This document shows positions 60,183-64,000 of a DNA stretch of 64,000 nucleotides, piece by piece (within the stretch, counting starts at the first letter, position 1; every line of letters begins with the position of its first letter). Position numbers and translations under genes: made by a program. The notes below the pieces were generated by a model. It was not told where the DNA came from, searched no databases, and saw nothing but the letters and a program-made list of their open reading frames with translations. The DNA comes from an uncultured Alphaproteobacteria bacterium (GTDB lineage: Bacteria; Pseudomonadota; Alphaproteobacteria; UBA6615): assembly GCA_943787445.1 (NCBI GenBank), contig CALSML010000001.1, positions 57,408-121,407 of the forward strand, in the 5' to 3' direction.

Positions 60183-61354
60183 TATGGCTTGCCCGCGGTT
60201 TCCGGTATCATGACGTGCTGATAGAGGTCGTCATAAGCTCGGGCACAGATATCCAGTCCATAGGTGTTTTCGATTTCAACGCGTGCGGCTGTGCCCATGG
60301 CATCGCGCCGGGCGGGGTCCTGGGCCAGTTCGAGAATGGACTGCGCCAGTGCATCCGGGTTGTGGGCAGGGACCAGCAGTCCGGTGACCCCGTGGTCGAT
60401 AATCTCTCCGGTCCCGCCAACCTTCGTGGCGATGGTCGGGACGCCGGCCGACATGGCTTCGATCACCGCATTGGGCAAACCTTCTTCGTGAGAACAGAGA
60501 AGCGAAACATCCGCCATGCTCAAAAGAGCCGGGATATCCGAGCGTGAGCCGAGGAAGCGGATATGCGGGGCAAGTCCCGCCTCTGCGCTTTGCGCCTGAA
60601 GGGCACCTCCGATGCCGTCATCCCGGCCGACACACAAGAGCTGCCAATTGTCGGGCAGGGCGTCGCGGATGCTGGCAAGTGCTGTGATCAGATCGGCATG
60701 TCCTTTGTAGGGAATTAGATTGGCGACAATCATCAACACCAGCGAATCCGGCGGGATTGTCAGGGATTGCCGCAGCCTGGCACCGCGGGCGGCATCGGGA
60801 CGAATCGCGTTGGTGTCGACCCCGTTGAGAATCACCCGGGTGCGATGTTCGGGGATGCCTTCTTCGAGGAGTTCGCCGCGAATGGCCTCGCTGTTGGCGG
60901 TCACCACAGCCATGTGTTTGTGCAGCCAGCGTTCGACCCGGGCAAGAAAGGGATAGCGGTCCTGATAATGGGCGAGACTGCGCCGGCTCATGATCATGCG
61001 GGACTGTCCGGCCAGCACCGCGCACAGGCCGCCGATGAGATAGGCCTCGGGCAGGATAAAATGGGCCATGGCGGGGCGTTTGCGCAGGAACCAGAACCAC
61101 AGCCACGGCACGGTGATCAGCGCACGCAGCAAACGAATGAGTGGCCCGCTGCGGGTGATGCGGCTGGCCAGTGGTGGCGACCAGACCCGGAACCCGGCGG
61201 TTTCGAGGTCTTCGGCCAGAGGACCCGGGCGGGAGAGCGTGACGAGATCAATCTGCCACCTATCCCGATCCAGCCGTGGCACGATCTGCGCGATCTGACG
61301 TTCGGCGCCGCCCACCTGCAGTGAGCCGATCACGATGACAATGCGATGGGTCAT
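60182..61354 (-). CDS. Glycosyltransferase family 1
   Basis: GT-B fold with [20 protein letters not shown] near the C-terminus. Confidence 0.8.
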   Translation of the reverse strand: MTHRIVIVIGSLQVGGAERQIAQIVPRLDRDRWQIDLVTLSRPGPLAEDLETAGFRVWSPPLASRITRSGPLIRLLRALITVPWLWFWFLRKRPAMAHFILPEAYLIGGLCAVLAGQSRMIMSRRSLAHYQDRYPFLARVERWLHKHMAVVTANSEAIRGELLEEGIPEHRTRVILNGVDTNAIRPDAARGARLRQSLTIPPDSLVLMIVANLIPYKGHADLITALASIRDALPDNWQLLCVGRDDGIGGALQAQSAEAGLAPHIRFLGSRSDIPALLSMADVSLLCSHEEGLPNAVIEAMSAGVPTIATKVGGTGEIIDHGVTGLLVPAHNPDALAQSILELAQDPARRDAMGTAARVEIENTYGLDICARAYDDLYQHVMIPETAGKP

Positions 61355-61359
61355 GTTGT

Positions 61360-61848
61360 CTATTGGTCCGATTGGTCGAAATCGATGACCTTTTCCATCA
61401 GCTCGCGCGCCGCACCCTCGCCCCCCTTGCGGGTCAGGACGTGGTCCACACGCGCCAGAACATCGGGATGCGCATCGGCGACGGCAACGGGATAGCCGAC
61501 AAGGTTCAGGGCCGGCAGATCATTGAGGTCATTGCCGATAAACATGAGCCGTTCGGATATATAGCCGTGGGCCTCACACAATTCGCGAATGGCGACCGCC
61601 TTGTCGGAAACGCTGTCGATGACCGGGACCTGCAGCTTGGCACCACGGGCGCGCACCACCGGGTTAGTTTCGGTCGAGACGATGTAGACCGGAAACCCGA
61701 CTGCGCGGAAATGATCGAAGGCCAGTCCGTCGGCGCGATTGCACACGACAGCTTCGGTTCCGTCGCTGAACATCAGAACGCGATTGTCGGTCAGGACGCC
61801 GTCGAAATCGAATATCAGAGCGTCGAGGTCGTTCGATTTTACCTTCAT
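61360..61848 (-). CDS. KdsC-family HAD phosphatase (3-deoxy-ulosonate phosphate phosphatase-like)
   Basis: LIFDFDGVLTDNRV...GNDLNDLP are HAD-IIIA/KdsC motifs, and the length is ~162 aa. Confidence 0.8.
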   Translation of the reverse strand: MKVKSNDLDALIFDFDGVLTDNRVLMFSDGTEAVVCNRADGLAFDHFRAVGFPVYIVSTETNPVVRARGAKLQVPVIDSVSDKAVAIRELCEAHGYISERLMFIGNDLNDLPALNLVGYPVAVADAHPDVLARVDHVLTRKGGEGAARELMEKVIDFDQSDQ

Positions 61849-61866
61849 GGATCTGGTCGCCTTCCG

Positions 61867-63084
61867 TCAGCGGGTCTTGGCCATCGTGTCACGATAGACT
61901 TCTACATACTGGTCCACGATGTGGTCCCACGAAAAGGCTGTCGCCCGTTCGCGCGACCGGTCCACAGATCCGCGTCTGTGATCGGCAGCATGCATCATGT
62001 GTTGCATGGCTTTGGCCAGCGCGGCGGTATTGCCCACCGGCACCATGTCACCCCATTGCCCGCTCTCGATGATGTCGCGGCAGCCGGGCCCGTCGGTGGT
62101 GATGATCGGCAGGCCAGCGGCCATGGCTTCGACCAGTGCGATGCCGAAGGTCTCGATATGGGACGGAAAGACAAATGCATCGGCGGCCCGATAAAGCGAA
62201 ACCAGATCGTCGCCGGGCAGCTTCAGCCCCTCTACCAGGGAGGTTTGCCCCAGGGGTCCGAGCAGATGCAGGTGTTCGGAGATGCCGAGGTGCGCGGCTT
62301 CCGTTACCAGCTCGTCCGTGGCTGCGCCCGCGATCGCGACGGCGAAACCGGTTTCGCTTCGATCCGCCAGATCGCGGATCGCCTGCAACAGGTCCCGATA
62401 GCCCTTCTTGGGGTGATTTCGCCCCACGGCGAGATACAGAAAGGCGTCTTCGGGAATGCCGTGCTGTTTTCGAATTGCTGCCCGGTCCACCTGCATTGCG
62501 AAGCGGTCGAGATCGACCCCGTTGGGAATGCGGCGAATGCGTTCCGGCGCCACGCCGAGTTTGGCGTACTCCCTGGCAACCGATTCCGTGATTGCGACCA
62601 GGATATCGGCCCGGGGGAGCCATTCGCGCACCAGCTTGTCGATCCGCGGATCGAGGCGCATGCCATAACCGATTTCGGGAGCCATCTGGATGTCATCGCC
62701 CGCACAACGCACCAGATGTGGCCGTTTTGCGTGGGCGTGGCGGACCAGCCCCACACCTGTGGGGAACCCGACCGTGCCGTGCCAGGCATCGATCCCGTGA
62801 TGCCGGTCGAACCATGCGAGCCAGCCAGAGACAAATCGCGTGCCCAGATCCGGCCAGTGATGGATCAGCGTCATCATCTTGGGCGGAAAGGATGCAAGTT
62901 TGTAGGGTAGCTCCCCGCGCTGGTCGCGCAGGGCATGAACGTTGCGCGCCGGCGCCAGAATGATCGGATTGTGCCCGCGCGCGGTCAGCCGGGTCGCAAT
63001 GTTGTGGAGCCCGATCTCGACCCCGCCCAGCGCGGGCAGGAAGGTCGATGTCGGCATACCGATGGTCAGTGGCGCGTCGGTCAT
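61867..63084 (-). CDS. Glycosyltransferase family 1
   Basis: GT-B fold with ETFGIALVEAMAAGLPIITTD. Confidence 0.8.
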   Translation of the reverse strand: MTDAPLTIGMPTSTFLPALGGVEIGLHNIATRLTARGHNPIILAPARNVHALRDQRGELPYKLASFPPKMMTLIHHWPDLGTRFVSGWLAWFDRHHGIDAWHGTVGFPTGVGLVRHAHAKRPHLVRCAGDDIQMAPEIGYGMRLDPRIDKLVREWLPRADILVAITESVAREYAKLGVAPERIRRIPNGVDLDRFAMQVDRAAIRKQHGIPEDAFLYLAVGRNHPKKGYRDLLQAIRDLADRSETGFAVAIAGAATDELVTEAAHLGISEHLHLLGPLGQTSLVEGLKLPGDDLVSLYRAADAFVFPSHIETFGIALVEAMAAGLPIITTDGPGCRDIIESGQWGDMVPVGNTAALAKAMQHMMHAADHRRGSVDRSRERATAFSWDHIVDQYVEVYRDTMAKTR

Positions 63085-64000
63085 GCTGCGGTTTCTCTGG
63101 GGAGGGCTTCATCGACGATGGCGCGCAGATGGCGCACAAATCCGTCGGCAGCGTCCGGCCCTGAAAGTGCTTCGCGGTAAACTTTCTGCGCGCGCTGCGC
63201 GATCCCGACCAGTTCGTCGGCGCGGTCCGGGACTTCGTCGATGCGATCGAGGAAATCACTCAGGTCCCATTTGTGGGTCACGATGGTGTCGTTGGTGCGG
63301 AACAGGTGGGGCCAGGTCTCCAGATGGGACATGTCGGGCTTGAGCAGGGCTGCCCCGCACAGGATGGCTTCGAAGTCCTTCAGGGTGATTTCACCAAACC
63401 CGAAGGGCGAGACCACAAGGTGCGCGTTGCGCATTTCATTCATAAAGGCCCGGCGGCCCAGTTTGTCGGTTGCCATCCGGCCCGTCAGAAGTTCGGCGAT
63501 GCGACGGCGCTGATGAGCCACTGTGTCCCGCGCATAGCCGGTTCCCATACGGCAGGTGAAATCGATGTTGCGATGTTTCTCCGGGGGTGTGAACACACGC
63601 GGAAAGCGCAGCAGTGGATTGAACGGAAGCCGTGCACGCAAGGCCATCCGGGTGGGGCCGTGCAGTGAATAATCCGCAAGGCCGGAATTCCAGGACACCC
63701 GCAATTTGTCGAGCAGGGATGCATCTTCGACAATGCGCGCCTCGGCTGGATCGTCGTCCCGGACGTTTTCGCTGCGGTTGTAGAAGTCGGCCCAGATCCG
63801 GTTGCCGTAATGGGCGCGGGTGTATTCCGTACGGTCCGCCAGCAGCTGGGATTTGCAGTATAGCTGCACCAGCGGCAGGACCTGCGCTTGCAGCCAGCCG
63901 GTGCTGTCGGATATGTCGAACCAGACCAGGGGTGCCTGTTCGGCCAGAGCCGCGAGATCGGCGAGAACTCTTTCGTCTCCTTCGGCCACCCATCGGGGGC
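63081..64000 (-). CDS. Putative exostosin-like (GT47-like) polysaccharide biosynthesis protein. It is 5'-partial at the window end.
   Basis: LVVSPFGFGEITLKDFEAILCGAALL resembles the exostosin C-terminal motif. The ORF is open to the window edge. Confidence 0.35.
   Translation of the reverse strand, partial: PRWVAEGDERVLADLAALAEQAPLVWFDISDSTGWLQAQVLPLVQLYCKSQLLADRTEYTRAHYGNRIWADFYNRSENVRDDDPAEARIVEDASLLDKLRVSWNSGLADYSLHGPTRMALRARLPFNPLLRFPRVFTPPEKHRNIDFTCRMGTGYARDTVAHQRRRIAELLTGRMATDKLGRRAFMNEMRNAHLVVSPFGFGEITLKDFEAILCGAALLKPDMSHLETWPHLFRTNDTIVTHKWDLSDFLDRIDEVPDRADELVGIAQRAQKVYREALSGPDAADGFVRHLRAIVDEALPRETAA

Noticed and set aside
61363-62910. 515-aa plus-strand ORF spanning the KdsC-like and GT1 genes
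   Set aside because: Spans two well-supported minus-strand genes. The translation is low-complexity.

Overview
High-GC, probably alphaproteobacterial chromosomal window. It is dominated by transporter and catabolic genes (two-component flavin monooxygenases, amidase, hydrolases, cupins, aldehyde dehydrogenase, enolase-superfamily enzyme). No rRNA or CRISPR array is present. Five things stand out.

1. A tightly coupled three-gene nitrile-hydratase-family cluster has the beta subunit split into two ORFs and an alpha-like subunit carrying a [10 protein letters not shown] metal-binding motif and a His/Asp-rich N-terminus. Gene order and architecture match thiocyanate hydrolase scnB-scnA-scnC. A deletion remnant of a metY-like gene lies directly downstream.

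2. A ~4.5 kb AT-rich island sits at tRNA-Thr(CGT). It is bounded by a 27-bp perfect direct repeat and a degenerate tRNA-like copy. It carries a frameshifted tyrosine integrase, a secreted thermonuclease with an Excalibur domain, a GYD protein and a LOV-like PAS gene with an in-frame TAA stop. It abuts a 5'-truncated amidohydrolase gene.

3. An MR/MLE enolase-superfamily gene is frameshifted at a C6 homopolymer, inside a TauD-like dioxygenase / MLE / carboxymuconolactone-decarboxylase-family / aldehyde-dehydrogenase operon.

4. A lower-GC tctCBA transporter block has an internal attenuator-like terminator and lies next to an orphan xanthine-dehydrogenase-family large subunit.

5. A surface-glycan locus (PglF-like dehydratase, WecA/PglC-like initiating transferase, GT1s, AsnB-like amidotransferase, KdsC-like phosphatase, O-antigen ligase) has a DegT aminotransferase that is 5'-truncated and a PglD-like acetyltransferase that survives only as a fragment.

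All calls are from reading the sequence and the ORF translations. Family assignments rest on recognised motifs and were not checked against any database.
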